64,000 nucleotides of DNA, from positions 124,690 through 188,689 of the forward strand of contig CAJLCI010000001.1 in the NCBI GenBank assembly GCA_905205065.1, in the 5' to 3' direction. Made by a program: the position numbers and the translations under genes. The notes beneath the pieces were generated by a model. The model saw nothing but the letters and a program-made list of their open reading frames with translations, made no database searches and was not told the DNA's origin. Of this stretch, positions 29,466 through 39,977 are shown piece after piece. Position 1 is the stretch's first letter. Every line of letters starts with the position of its first letter. The DNA comes from an uncultured Eubacteriales bacterium (GTDB taxonomy: Bacteria; Bacillota; Clostridia; Oscillospirales; CAG-272).

Positions 29466-30005
29466 ATGAATCCGATATATAAGCATAATAAAACACCAGA
29501 CAGAAAAAACGTCGGGCTCACGGAACACAGCGGATTCAGAATAATTCTGTCGGTCCTTATCATCATCACCCTGATTTTTATCTGGACAAATTCAATTCAA
29601 AACGGTACCGAGTCAAATGCGCAAAGCGACCGTATTGTCACCCGGCTGAAGCCGATTATTGATCCGAAGAATAAAATAGATATTGACGATTTATCATTTG
29701 TGATCCGCAAAGCCGCGCATTTTTGCGAGTATTTTCTTCTCGGCGCGGAGCTTTGTCTTTTTTTCTATTCATTAAAAATAAAAGAAATTTTCGGCTCTCC
29801 GTTTCTTGTACTCATGAGCGCCGTAATCGATGAAACGATTCAGCTTTATCACGAGAGGACCTCAAGCGTCACGGATATAATTCTCGACTTTTGCGGCGGA
29901 CTATGCGGCATTTGTATAATGATTATAATAGTCATCTTGTGTACTCAATTTTCAGAAAAAAGAAAATTGCGGGTAAATTCCTCAAAATATCCTGAAAATA
30001 ATTAG
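29466..30005 (+). CDS. VanZ family membrane protein
   Basis: RKAAHFCEYFLLG and DETIQLY are VanZ-like motifs. The start is taken at MNPIYK, which has a GGAGA RBS. Confidence 0.7.
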   Translation: MNPIYKHNKTPDRKNVGLTEHSGFRIILSVLIIITLIFIWTNSIQNGTESNAQSDRIVTRLKPIIDPKNKIDIDDLSFVIRKAAHFCEYFLLGAELCLFFYSLKIKEIFGSPFLVLMSAVIDETIQLYHERTSSVTDIILDFCGGLCGICIMIIIVILCTQFSEKRKLRVNSSKYPENN

Positions 30006-30126
30006 ATTTCAGAATATTTATGTTATTTAATTTGAGCATAATAATAATAGGCTAATATAAATATTTAAGAACAATACACAGCCGATAAGTTAATTTAATA
30101 AGTTTTTGACAATATCGGAGAATGAA

Positions 30127-31140
30127 ATGAACATAAATCTTCTCAAAAATCAAATATCGAGGATCGCGGCGATAGCCTTCTCAGTTTGTATTACAGCTGT
30201 GATTATTTCAGCGGCAGACGGAGTTCCCGCAGGACAAACAGAAAAACTTATAAGAGAAGTTCCGTCAGGTTCTCCTGATATAAACGGTATAATAGAGCGG
30301 GGAGAATGGTCCGAGTCAAACAAAATTGTTATGAATGAAAATACCTGCACAGCCTCTCCCTGGAGCGGAAGTATCGAAAGCTCGGCAGACGTATATTTTC
30401 TCTGGGATGAAGACGGATTATATATTGCTGCCAAAATAACGGATTTGACAGAAGCATATTCATCTGAAAAAAGTCCGGAAAGCGTTTTGTCGGGAGATGC
30501 ACTTCAACTCGGTCTAAATCCGGGAATGTTGATTACCGGAGGTCATCCAGGAGAGTTTTTCACTTTTTCTTTACCTGCCGACGCAAAGAAAAATTCTCCG
30601 TCGCCGCTGTACATCATCAGACAAAACTACGCTGATTATAACGGAATCGGAAGCTCGGCAGGAGGAGAACTGATAGACGAAAAATGCTATAAAGCGACCG
30701 GACAAAAAGTTTCGAACGGATGGCAATTTGAGTGTTTCCTTGCATGGAATCAGGTAAACACCGTCGGAATTAACAGCCAGAATCCTATATGCGAAGCGCT
30801 GTCAGATCCCAATTTTTCATCGGCAAGCACACTGATTCCCGAAAATGGATTATCTTTTGGATTTATGCTCTGTTACCTTGACAGACCAGGCAGTTCCGGT
30901 AACTTTACTACCGGTTCAGGCCTTGGATTTAATGTTGAACATTACGGAGGAATACTGACTCTTATCGAAAACGTAATCGAATACAATGCAAAAAGTTCGC
31001 CTGCTCCGGGAACTTTTGACCTTACTATTCCAATCATCTGTATTTTCATTATATCCTCATCAGCTTCTCTTATGATTCGAAAAAAACTAAAAAATAATCA
31101 TCATTTGCCCAATTATTCATACCATAAAAGGGTAATATAA
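30127..31140 (+). CDS. Secreted, membrane-anchored carbohydrate-binding (CBM9-like) protein
   Basis: It has a signal/TM segment, the motifs DGIIERGEWSES and VYFLWDEDGLYIAAKITD, and a C-terminal TM helix. Confidence 0.5.
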   Translation: MNINLLKNQISRIAAIAFSVCITAVIISAADGVPAGQTEKLIREVPSGSPDINGIIERGEWSESNKIVMNENTCTASPWSGSIESSADVYFLWDEDGLYIAAKITDLTEAYSSEKSPESVLSGDALQLGLNPGMLITGGHPGEFFTFSLPADAKKNSPSPLYIIRQNYADYNGIGSSAGGELIDEKCYKATGQKVSNGWQFECFLAWNQVNTVGINSQNPICEALSDPNFSSASTLIPENGLSFGFMLCYLDRPGSSGNFTTGSGLGFNVEHYGGILTLIENVIEYNAKSSPAPGTFDLTIPIICIFIISSSASLMIRKKLKNNHHLPNYSYHKRVI

Positions 31141-31143
31141 TAT

Positions 31144-31186
31144 CACAGCCGGTAATTTGCATAAGTAAATTTACCGGCTGTGTTTT
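31144..31186 (+). terminator. Intrinsic terminator
   Basis: The stem cacagccggtaa.tt/aaatttaccggctgtg is followed by TTTTG. Confidence 0.7.
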
Positions 31187-31209
31187 GTAGTTTTATTCAA
31201 TAAGATGCA

Positions 31210-31318
31210 TAGCCCCGTCATAGGGTGTTTCGGTGACAGATTGTACTACCTCCGAAAAAAGTGCGCTGATCCCGCCGCCTACAGCGGCGAATGCCTCCTT
31301 TAATTTCGGAGGACATAT
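31210..31318 (+). repeat. Copy R2 of the dispersed GC-rich intergenic element
   Basis: It carries cgtcataggg, a hairpin with an AGATTGTA loop, ccgaaaaaagtg, the hairpin cgccgc-ctaca-gcggcg, and ggaggacat. Confidence 0.55.
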
Positions 31319-31367
31319 ATCATTCAATTATATAGTTGTTACACGGTCAGGAGTTATGCACAAATTT

Positions 31368-32183
31368 TCAATCTCCGCTGCAAAACCTTGAATCTCCGTA
31401 ATATATCCAATAACAATCTTCATAATCAGAATATTCTTTTGCATATGTCAAAATGGCAAAAAGCAAAATCACCCTTTGCACTCCAAACAGTTCATAAACC
31501 TTGACATTTTCACCATCAATGTTTACCTGCTTTACTAAAAATAATTTACTTTTTATAAAATTTTCCTCAAGAGCATCAGAATCGGAAATTCCACACATGG
31601 TGCACAGAGATGATAATGTAAAAGACGTCATATTATTTTTTATAACAGTCTGCAGAGCATTACGAAAATCGCGGTCAATAAGCATATTCAGAATTTCCTC
31701 CGCCCCGGCATCGGTAAGAAGACTGCTCCACCCTTTTTCAGGTCTTTTTAAAGCGATTTCTCCGATTTCGTCACGTAAATAAACTACACCGTGCGGATGG
31801 ATTACGGTGCTTCTTAATTTTTTGTTTGACTTCATTCTTTCAACATAATTATCCAGTTTTTCAATTTCTAAAAAAGGCTCATTAAAATTATCTGCACCAC
31901 CACAAGCCGAAAGTATTACTTGACATACAGAACGATAAGCGGCATCAAAAACAGCATCTGAAGATGTGGCGCTACACGGAGAGCTGCGCCTTCCGTAAAG
32001 CATATCGACAGTTACACCAAAAGTGTCGGCAATTATCGGAAGCAGCATTATATCAGGCATATTAGTATTATTTTCCCATTTAGAAACCGATTTCGCTGAA
32101 ACACCTACTATAGCTGCAAACTCCTCCTGTGTCATTGATTTTTGTTTGCGAAGCTCTGCAATTCTTTCTCCGATTGTAGCCAT
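31368..32183 (-). CDS. XRE-family HTH transcriptional regulator with a C-terminal domain of unknown function
   Basis: The N-terminal HTH_3 region reads IGERIAELRKQKSMTQEEFAAIVGVSAKSVSKWE. Confidence 0.8.
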   Translation of the reverse strand: MATIGERIAELRKQKSMTQEEFAAIVGVSAKSVSKWENNTNMPDIMLLPIIADTFGVTVDMLYGRRSSPCSATSSDAVFDAAYRSVCQVILSACGGADNFNEPFLEIEKLDNYVERMKSNKKLRSTVIHPHGVVYLRDEIGEIALKRPEKGWSSLLTDAGAEEILNMLIDRDFRNALQTVIKNNMTSFTLSSLCTMCGISDSDALEENFIKSKLFLVKQVNIDGENVKVYELFGVQRVILLFAILTYAKEYSDYEDCYWIYYGDSRFCSGD

Positions 32184-32689
32184 AAAAAACACCATTCCTT
32201 TCTTTTCATTTGCACCTGCATATACATAAGAGACATGAAAAAAGTATACTTTAAATTACAGATTACTTACTTTTCACGTTAATATTCTCGCCTTTATCTA
32301 TATAAAGGCTTCCTCTCCTTTTTCTATATTTCAGGCAACGTCTTTCAATGCATTTAAAGAATCCACTGGATATATATTCTGTGCTTAAATTCTAACAATA
32401 TTTACAGAAACAGTCTACATAGCAATAAGAGACTTTATCTCTTAAACGGATACATAAAATCCGAACCATTCATTTATCCCGACATCCATAACAAAGCGGA
32501 TAAACATTACAAAACACTTAACTTAAACATCAGATTTCGCACTATCGTCGATAATAAAGCCGTATGTATATATATCAAAGTAATTACAGTTGCATACGGA
32601 GTCAATACCGATAAGTATAATTATAATGCCGAGACAAACATTATCTGTTCTAACAGTCATAATAATTCTTTTCAATAAAAGGCATGACT

Positions 32690-32775
32690 CTGTCATTATG
32701 CATTCCTATAGTGTACTGTGCCGCCTAAAAAATAAGCGGAAGCCGCCGCCTGTAAAGGCGTAGGACATCCTTGCA
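32690..32775 (+). repeat. Copy R5 of the dispersed GC-rich intergenic element
   Basis: It carries ctgtcattatg, cctaaaaaataagcgg, the hairpin cgcct-gtaa-aggcg, and taggacatccttgcaag. Confidence 0.5.
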
Positions 32776-32840
32776 AGTTATAATATAGCTGTAAAAACAG
32801 GTGCAAATCTGAAAAAAACAGACATGCACCGTATTTTGTA

Positions 32841-33761
32841 TTATTTTGTCTCATTCTCAAGCTTTTCAAGATACCAAGCCTGAAGATTGTCGACAAGTTT
32901 CTGATCCCGGCATCCAACCGGCCTGCCGTCAAGTTCACATGCTGCCCTGACAAGTGTTGTAGTGCTTGTTATCAGTATTTCATCAGCCTCAAAAAGTTCG
33001 CTCCGAGTAATATACCGTTCTTCAGTATCAATTCCGTGCTCACTGCATAACTCAATAACATGCTTTCTCGCAATGCCCGGAAGTATATAGGAGCCAAGAG
33101 GAGCCGTTACGAGCTTTCCGTTCTTAACAATAAAGATATTTGTATGCGCTCCCTCTGTAACTGCATCTCTTAAAATTTCTCCGTTCTCGGTCACAAGCAT
33201 ATCGCGTATTTGAACCGCTTCATCACAGCCCAATGAAACTGCATGCTCCGCAGCAAGAATGTTTGGCACAAGATTAATTGTTTTGACATTACACATCTTG
33301 TAACGTATATCGTCCCATGTAACAAGCTTCATGCGCTTATCAAGATTTGTAATCTTTTTTGGCTTGACATACATAAGAAGATTAGGTTTTACATTCTCTC
33401 CGGGAAACGGATGATTCCGCGGAGCCGTCCCTCTGCTCGCCTGCCAGTATATAATAACATCTGATGTATCGTCGAGGCGTGAAATAAGATCATCAATAAT
33501 TGTCCGAAGTTCTTCTCTGCTGTACTGAAAATCAATTTTTATCAATCTGCAGCTATTATAAAAGCGATCAAAATGCTCGTCTATCAGAAACGGTTTTCCG
33601 TTATGACAAAACGCAACGTCATATACTCCGTCGCCGAAATAAACAGCCCGGTCATTAAGCGGGACTGTCATATCTTCAATAGTTGTAACTCTTCCATTAT
33701 AAAAAGCGGCGTTTTTCGTATAAATCACCAAACCTTTCTTATTATCATATGCGCATCCCAA
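32841..33761 (-). CDS. Class IV aminotransferase (D-amino-acid / branched-chain type)
   Basis: DRAVYFGDGVYD and the fold-type IV layout support the call. The ORF is 306 aa. Confidence 0.8.
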   Translation of the reverse strand: MGCAYDNKKGLVIYTKNAAFYNGRVTTIEDMTVPLNDRAVYFGDGVYDVAFCHNGKPFLIDEHFDRFYNSCRLIKIDFQYSREELRTIIDDLISRLDDTSDVIIYWQASRGTAPRNHPFPGENVKPNLLMYVKPKKITNLDKRMKLVTWDDIRYKMCNVKTINLVPNILAAEHAVSLGCDEAVQIRDMLVTENGEILRDAVTEGAHTNIFIVKNGKLVTAPLGSYILPGIARKHVIELCSEHGIDTEERYITRSELFEADEILITSTTTLVRAACELDGRPVGCRDQKLVDNLQAWYLEKLENETK

Positions 33762-33798
33762 AACTCCACATAAATATGTGCATCAAGATAAATCGAAA

Positions 33799-34833
33799 TC
33801 AGACAATTAGGTCATCCGAAAAAGATTCTCTCTTAATCCTGGCATCTCTTTCAAGCTCATCAAGCAATGAGAAAACGTTTTCCTTCGATTCAGAACGATT
33901 TATTAAATCACGAATCCTTGCAGAACCTGGAATTCCTTTTATATACCAAGAAATATGCTTTCTCGATTCACAAATACCGATATGCAGGCCCTTGTCGGCA
34001 ATAAGCATTTCAGTGTGCTTTTTTGCAAGATTTATCCTGTCATGAACTTGCGGAGCAATATAACTCCTGCCCTCAATATATGAAGTTATTTCTTCAAAAA
34101 TCCAAGGATTCCCGCATGCCCCTTGTCCAATCATAACAGCATCACAGCCTGTGTATTCAAACATCCTGCGCGCGTCTGCTCCGGAATATATTCCGCCGTT
34201 TCCGATAACCGGTACAGAAACTGCCTTTTTCACATCAGCTATTGTATTCAAATCTATAGGGGGAGCATACATCTGCTCGCGAGTACGTCCGTGAATACAA
34301 ATCGCAGATACTCCGGCCTGCTCAAGCATAACCGCAAATGAAACAGCGTTTAAAGTATCGCTATCAAAACCAGTGCGTATTTTAACGGTTACCGGTATTT
34401 CAGCTCCTACAGCGCCGACAACAGACGAAACAATTTTCTTTGCTTTTTCAGGCGACTTCATCAGAGCCGAGCCATCACCATTGCCGACTATTTTCCTTAC
34501 AGGACATCCCATATTTATATCAATGACATCAGGATGAAAATTATTGTAAAGCCATGACGCCGCTTCCGCCATAACAGAAGAATCGCTTCCGAAAATCTGA
34601 AGCGCCATGGGGCGTTCTTCGCTTCTCATTTTTGCCAACTCCGGAGTTTTGCTGTCACGATATACAATCGCCTTAGCAGAAATCATCTCAGAAACCATAT
34701 ATTCAGCACCAAAGCTCTTGCAAATCCGCCTGAAGACGCTGTCTGTAACACCCGCCATTGGAGCTAGTGCAAGACCATTTTTAAATATTATATTTCCAAT
34801 CTTCAAATGCGGCAAAAACCTCCGATAAAACAC
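33799..34833 (-). CDS. dusB: tRNA-dihydrouridine synthase
   Basis: LAPMAGVTD, DINMGCP and HGRTR are Dus family motifs. Confidence 0.9.
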   Translation of the reverse strand: MFYRRFLPHLKIGNIIFKNGLALAPMAGVTDSVFRRICKSFGAEYMVSEMISAKAIVYRDSKTPELAKMRSEERPMALQIFGSDSSVMAEAASWLYNNFHPDVIDINMGCPVRKIVGNGDGSALMKSPEKAKKIVSSVVGAVGAEIPVTVKIRTGFDSDTLNAVSFAVMLEQAGVSAICIHGRTREQMYAPPIDLNTIADVKKAVSVPVIGNGGIYSGADARRMFEYTGCDAVMIGQGACGNPWIFEEITSYIEGRSYIAPQVHDRINLAKKHTEMLIADKGLHIGICESRKHISWYIKGIPGSARIRDLINRSESKENVFSLLDELERDARIKRESFSDDLIV

Positions 34834-35205
34834 TTTACACTAAAACTATATAAATTCACACAAACCTGTATTATCATTATTATACATCACGAAGCTTACA
34901 AATGCAAGACAAAATTAATTAATTCATCTTTGATAAAGTAAATCCGCATTTTACAAATACTATAGCATAATTTTATGTTTTATGCTGCAAAATAAAAAAG
35001 TAAGCCGTTCCAATCCCGTACTTATATCTATGTACGAAAATGGAACAGCTCAGATTTTCGATCAGAAATAATTCCTGTTATAAAGCATTCCGGCAGGAAA
35101 TCACATCCCGAACGGAAAACGAAAACGGCCCCTTCACCCTACAATGATCTGGAAACGGTTTTCGTAAAGACACAAAAGAAAAACTTCGCCGAAAAATACG
35201 GACAA

Positions 35206-35808
35206 TTAATCAGCTTTTACTTCCTCAGTATTTGTTTCTTCAGTCTTTACCTCTTCAGTTTTTACTTCTTCGGTCTTTGCTTCTGCGGCATCTGCCTTTT
35301 CTGTCTTTACTTCCTCGGATTTTGCTTCCTCGGTCTTTTTTTCTTTTTTATCGGCCTTTTCAGCTTTATCCGCCGCCTTGCCGGCTTTGGCTTTCTTATT
35401 CGCTTTATCAGCTTTATCCGTTTTGGCAGCCTTATCTTCGGTCTTTTCATTCTTTTTGTCTTCAAAACCGACTAAACGTATAATCGCCATTTCGGCACCG
35501 TCTCCACGACGCGGTCCAAGCTTATAAACGCTTGTATATCCACCGTTACGATCAGCATATTCGGGTGCGATCTGATCAAACAGCTTCTTTACTACTTCTT
35601 TTTTAGTTATATATGAAAGAGCAGCACGGCGACTTGCCAATGTGTTCTTTTTGCCGAGTGTTATCATCTTCTCGGTCATGCTGCGTACTTCTTTTGCTCT
35701 ATAAACGGTAGTTTCAATCGTACCATTTTCAAGAAGATACGTAACCATCCCGCGAAGCATTGAATTGCGATGCGCGGTAGGTCTTCCGAGTTTCCTTGTA
35801 CCTGGCAT
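35206..35808 (-). CDS. rplQ: 50S ribosomal protein L17 with a Lys/Glu/Ala-rich C-terminal tail
   Basis: The L17 core spans roughly residues 1-115. It is followed by about 85 aa of KAxK / KTEEV repeats. Confidence 0.93.
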   Translation of the reverse strand: MPGTRKLGRPTAHRNSMLRGMVTYLLENGTIETTVYRAKEVRSMTEKMITLGKKNTLASRRAALSYITKKEVVKKLFDQIAPEYADRNGGYTSVYKLGPRRGDGAEMAIIRLVGFEDKKNEKTEDKAAKTDKADKANKKAKAGKAADKAEKADKKEKKTEEAKSEEVKTEKADAAEAKTEEVKTEEVKTEETNTEEVKAD

Positions 35809-35824
35809 TATGGATTCCTCCTTT

Positions 35825-36775
35825 TTATTCCTCTTCTTTCTTTAGATCAAGACCTAAAGAATGCAGCTTAAAGATAACTTCTTCAAGCGATTTTTTTCCA
35901 AGATTTCTGACTTTAATCATATCCGCTTCAGTACGATTTGTTAAATCCTCTACCGTATCAATTCCAGCACGCTTCAGACAATTGAAGCTTCTTACGGACA
36001 TGTCAAGCTCCTCAATGGTCATCTCAAGGACTTTTTCTTTAATCGTTTCCTCACGTTCAACCATAATCTCTGCCTTCTTTGCCTCATCTGATAAATCGAC
36101 AAACAAGTTGAGATGCTCATTGAGTATCTTGGCTCCGAGCGAAATGGCTTCCTTAGCGGAAATCGTTCCGTTCGTCAAAACCTCGAGCGTGAGCTTATCG
36201 TAATCGGTATTACTTCCGACACGCGTATTTTCTATCTTATAGCTTACATTATATACCGGTGTATATATTGAATCGGTAAATATTACGCCGATTGCCGGCT
36301 GACTAAGCTGCTTATTCTTCTCCTGAGAAACATAGCCGCGGCCATGATCAAAGGTCAGCTCCATATAAAGGCGCGAACCCTCACTCAGCGTCGCAATGTG
36401 ATGCTCAGGATTCAGTATTTCAATGTCAGAATCTTGTTTAATATCTCCTGCTGTTACTTCACGCTCGCCACTGCAGTCAATTATAACTGTTTTGGGCTCG
36501 TCGGAATACAGCTTTGCCGTAATTCCTTTTACATTCAGTACAATTTCAGTGACGTCTTCCTTAACTCCCGGAATCGTGGAAATTTCATGAAGTACGCCCT
36601 CAATTTTTATACTGGTAACAGCAACGCCGGGAAGTGAGCTGAGAAGTACGCGCCTCAGAGAGTTTCCGAGAGTTGTACCATAGCCTCTTTCAAGCGGTTC
36701 AACAATAAACTTGCCGAATTTTCCATCCTCGCTCATATTTACCGTTGAAATGTTTGGCTTCTCTATTTCTATCAT
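35825..36775 (-). CDS. rpoA: DNA-directed RNA polymerase alpha subunit
   Basis: A GGAGGG RBS lies 7 nt before MIEIEKPN. The protein is RpoA-like over its full length. Confidence 0.95.
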   Translation of the reverse strand: MIEIEKPNISTVNMSEDGKFGKFIVEPLERGYGTTLGNSLRRVLLSSLPGVAVTSIKIEGVLHEISTIPGVKEDVTEIVLNVKGITAKLYSDEPKTVIIDCSGEREVTAGDIKQDSDIEILNPEHHIATLSEGSRLYMELTFDHGRGYVSQEKNKQLSQPAIGVIFTDSIYTPVYNVSYKIENTRVGSNTDYDKLTLEVLTNGTISAKEAISLGAKILNEHLNLFVDLSDEAKKAEIMVEREETIKEKVLEMTIEELDMSVRSFNCLKRAGIDTVEDLTNRTEADMIKVRNLGKKSLEEVIFKLHSLGLDLKKEEE

Positions 36776-36875
36776 TATTTTCCCTCCTGTATTATCTCTC
36801 ATTCAGAACAATTAAACTTGAGATCAGCTTGACGCGAGACAGATTCCAGACACTCGCGCAAGCATCCGGAAAATC

Positions 36876-37502
36876 TTATTTAGAATAAAGCTCGACGATG
36901 AGATGTTCTTCAAACGGAAAGTCAACGTCTTCTCTCTTGGGAAGTTCTTTAACCGTTGCCTTTACAGCCTCTCTGTCTACTTCAAGCCATTTCGGAGAGG
37001 TAGAGGAAGCGCATCTGTCAATCAGCTCTTTGATACGAACACTTTTGCGGCTGTCTTCCTTAAGTGTGATAACATCTCCAACCTTAAGAATAATCGACGG
37101 TATATTTGCCTTTTTGCCATTAAGAAGAAAATGTCCATGCAACACAAGCTGACGGCATTCGCGGCGGCTTCCTGCAAAGCCCATTCTGTAAATTACATTG
37201 TCAAAACGGCGTTCAAGAAGCGTAAGAAGATTTTCACCGGTAACGCCTTCAGCGCGGTCAGCCTTCAAAAAATAAGACTTGAACTGCTTTTCCTGAACTC
37301 CGTAATATCTTTTTGCCCTCTGCTTCTCACGAAGCTGCATGCCGTATTCTCCTTCTTTTTTTCTGGCAGCGCCATGCTGACCGGGTGCTGTAGGACGACG
37401 GTCAATTGAGCACTTACCTGTAAGGCAGCGATCGCCCTTCAGAAAGAGTTTCTTACCTTCCCTGCGGCAAAGTCTGCAAGCAGGTCCTGTATATCTTGCC
37501 AT
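36876..37502 (-). CDS. rpsD: 30S ribosomal protein S4
   Basis: [16 protein letters not shown] identifies S4 (208 aa). Confidence 0.96.
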   Translation of the reverse strand: MARYTGPACRLCRREGKKLFLKGDRCLTGKCSIDRRPTAPGQHGAARKKEGEYGMQLREKQRAKRYYGVQEKQFKSYFLKADRAEGVTGENLLTLLERRFDNVIYRMGFAGSRRECRQLVLHGHFLLNGKKANIPSIILKVGDVITLKEDSRKSVRIKELIDRCASSTSPKWLEVDREAVKATVKELPKREDVDFPFEEHLIVELYSK

Positions 37503-37609
37503 TTTAGTTTTTATTCCTCCTGTTCAACAATTGTGAAACATGCGAATTTATAAATCACGTAACCGCATTCAAGCGGTCTTTCCCATCCGAAACCGAACGT
37601 AAAAAGAAA

Positions 37610-38005
37610 TTAAACGCGTCTTCTTTTAGGGGGCCTGCAGCCATTGTGCGGAATAGGTGTTACATCCTTAATCAAACTGATTTCAAGTCCCGTAGTCTGA
37701 AGCGCGCGAATCGCAGACTCGCGTCCCGATCCAGGTCCCTTCACATAAACCTCAACAGTCTTCATTCCGTGATCAATCGCTTTCTTTGCAGCCGCTTCCG
37801 ATGCGCTCTGAGCCGCAAAAGGTGTAGACTTACGTGAACCCTTAAAGCCCATTTCACCGGCAGACGCCCACGATACAGCGTTTCCGTGAATATCTGTAAT
37901 TGTAACGATTGTATTGTTGAATGTAGCACTGATATGCGCTGCGCCGCGTTCAATATTCTTTTTCTCACGGCGTTTTTTGATTACTTTTTTTGTTACCTTT
38001 GCCAT
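37610..38005 (-). CDS. rpsK: 30S ribosomal protein S11
   Basis: The 131-aa ORF matches the S11 family. Confidence 0.96.
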   Translation of the reverse strand: MAKVTKKVIKKRREKKNIERGAAHISATFNNTIVTITDIHGNAVSWASAGEMGFKGSRKSTPFAAQSASEAAAKKAIDHGMKTVEVYVKGPGSGRESAIRALQTTGLEISLIKDVTPIPHNGCRPPKRRRV

Positions 38006-38023
38006 CTGTACTCATTCACTCCT

Positions 38024-38392
38024 TTACTTCTTCTTATTAGCTATCGTCTTAGCCGGACCTTTTCTTGTCCTTGCGTTTGTTTTGGTACGCTGTCCCCTTA
38101 CCGGAAGTCCCTTGCGGTGACGAATACCACGATAGCAGTTTATTTCAATCATGCGCTTGATGTCAAGTGCAATATCACGGCGAAGGTCACCCTCAACCTT
38201 ATGATTTGCCTCAATCTCTTCACGAAGCTTCGCAATCTGTTCCTCTGTAAGCTCCTGCGCGCGAGTATCGGGATTGATGCCTGTTTTTGCAAGTATCTTA
38301 TTCGATGTGCTGCGACCTATGCCGTAAATATAGGTAAGAGCAATCTCGATGCGCTTTGCATTTGGAATATCTACTCCTGCAATACGTGCCAT
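38024..38392 (-). CDS. rpsM: 30S ribosomal protein S13
   Basis: [10 protein letters not shown] identifies S13 (122 aa). Confidence 0.96.
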   Translation of the reverse strand: MARIAGVDIPNAKRIEIALTYIYGIGRSTSNKILAKTGINPDTRAQELTEEQIAKLREEIEANHKVEGDLRRDIALDIKRMIEINCYRGIRHRKGLPVRGQRTKTNARTRKGPAKTIANKKK

Positions 38393-38426
38393 CTCTTTTT
38401 TTCACTCCTTTTAGCCCGACAGGAAA

Positions 38427-38540
38427 TCAGCCCTGTCTCTGTTTGTGTTTCGGATTTTCGCATATAACCATGATTTTACCATGGCGGCGGATAATCTTAC
38501 ACTTATCACATATTTTCTTAATGGAAGGTTTTACTTTCAT
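38427..38540 (-). CDS. rpmJ: 50S ribosomal protein L36, absent from the ORF track
   Basis: Hand translation of the minus strand gives [37 protein letters not shown]. Confidence 0.93.
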   Translation of the reverse strand: MKVKPSIKKICDKCKIIRRHGKIMVICENPKHKQRQG

Positions 38541-38541
38541 T

Positions 38542-38778
38542 TTAATTACCATTCCTTTCTGCCTTGGTACGCCATGTAATTCGTCCTTTGGTGAGATCAT
38601 ATACAGAGACCTCTACCGTAACCTTATCACCGGGCAGTATCCAAATATAATTCATTCTCAGCTTTCCGGAAATACGCGCGGTCACGATATGTCCGTTCGG
38701 CAGCTGAACCTTAAAGGTTGCGTTTGGCATTGCTTCGATTACAGTGCCTTCAAATTCAAGAATATCATCCTTTGCCAG
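38542..38778 (-). CDS. infA: Translation initiation factor IF-1 with a non-AUG start
   Basis: The track ORF begins at internal MPNATF. The conserved N-terminus [15 protein letters not shown] continues upstream to CTG (38778) or ATT (38781). An in-frame TAA at 38799-38797 and a GGAGGG RBS at 38790-38785 bracket the possible starts. Confidence 0.85.
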   Translation of the reverse strand: MAKDDILEFEGTVIEAMPNATFKVQLPNGHIVTARISGKLRMNYIWILPGDKVTVEVSVYDLTKGRITWRTKAERNGN

Positions 38779-38845
38779 AATAATCCCTCCGCTTTCTTAT
38801 TCAGAATAGTTGTTTCAGTATTTTTATCTAATCCACATTCAAGCG

Positions 38846-39127
38846 TCAAAGATCGGGAACATCTGCCGCAGCCTTAACAGCCGCAGCTATAGCAGAATCT
38901 GTAAAAGCGCCCTCATAAGACGATAATCCGATCCGCCGCAGATGTCTGAACTTCTTTTTCTTCGGTTTTGAAACAGTTCTGCATCTGCCGTCGGCAATAT
39001 AGGCATATCCGTCTTCTGTGCAGCGCAATACAACATGTATTCGCCCCGAATCGCGCCCCGAAAGCGACAAAGCATAGCATCCTTTTTCAAGCTTCTGAGT
39101 CATAACCGTATTTTCATTATCTTTCAT
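38846..39127 (-). CDS. KOW domain-containing RNA-binding protein
   Basis: The 93-aa ORF sits at the conserved position between map and infA in Firmicutes. It contains GRDSGRIHVV...KPKKKKFRHL. Confidence 0.75.
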   Translation of the reverse strand: MKDNENTVMTQKLEKGCYALSLSGRDSGRIHVVLRCTEDGYAYIADGRCRTVSKPKKKKFRHLRRIGLSSYEGAFTDSAIAAAVKAAADVPDL

Positions 39128-39150
39128 ACGATACCAAAATATATGTCACA

Positions 39151-39948
39151 TCAGAGCACAACAGGATCTGCGCCGTACGGAATAAAATCCGGTACATTCA
39201 CGGCTGTGAGAATCATGATTCCCTCCTCGGTGAATGCAATCGAATGCTCGTAATGGGCAGAAAGTCCCCCGTCGGCCGTTTTAACTGTCCAGCCGTCGGA
39301 AAGTTCCTGTACCTCATATGTTCCTGTACAGACCATCGGCTCCACTGCAATTGTCATGCCTTTAAGAAGCCTCGGACCTCTTCCGGAACGTCCGTAATTC
39401 GGCACATCGGGCTGCTCGTGAAGCTCATGGCCTACGCCGTGGCCTACATATCGGCGGACAGATGAAAAACCGTTTTCAGTAACATATGAATCAACAGCGG
39501 CTCCAATATCTCCGATTCTGCCGCCGTTAATATCAGCGGCGGAAATACCGCGCCAAAATGAATTTCTTGTTACCTCTATCAGCTTTTTAGCCTTATCCGA
39601 AATCTGTCCCACCGCAAATGTACAGGCGCTGTCTCCATGAAAGCCCTTGTAAAAAGCTCCGACATCTATTTTGACAATGTCCCCCTCCTGAAGCAACCTT
39701 TGCCCCGAAGGTATTCCGTGAATTACTTCATCGTTAATACTGATACATGCGCTGCCCGGAAATCCGCCATATCCAAGAAATGAAGGCTTTGCACCATATT
39801 TCTCAATATGTCTGCGAACGACAGTATCTATATGCAGGGTAGAGACTCCCTCCCGAACAGCCTCTCCCCCCATCAGTAATGCCTCGCCGGTAATTTTGCC
39901 GGCATCCCGCATGACAGAAATCTGTTCCTTGGTTTTAAGCGTTATCAT
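39151..39948 (-). CDS. map: Type I methionine aminopeptidase
   Basis: The metal-ligand regions of the MAP family are present (D..D, H, E, E context). The ORF is 265 aa. Confidence 0.93.
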   Translation of the reverse strand: MITLKTKEQISVMRDAGKITGEALLMGGEAVREGVSTLHIDTVVRRHIEKYGAKPSFLGYGGFPGSACISINDEVIHGIPSGQRLLQEGDIVKIDVGAFYKGFHGDSACTFAVGQISDKAKKLIEVTRNSFWRGISAADINGGRIGDIGAAVDSYVTENGFSSVRRYVGHGVGHELHEQPDVPNYGRSGRGPRLLKGMTIAVEPMVCTGTYEVQELSDGWTVKTADGGLSAHYEHSIAFTEEGIMILTAVNVPDFIPYGADPVVL

Positions 39949-39977
39949 GAAATCGCTCCCTCAGAAAAAATTACCGC

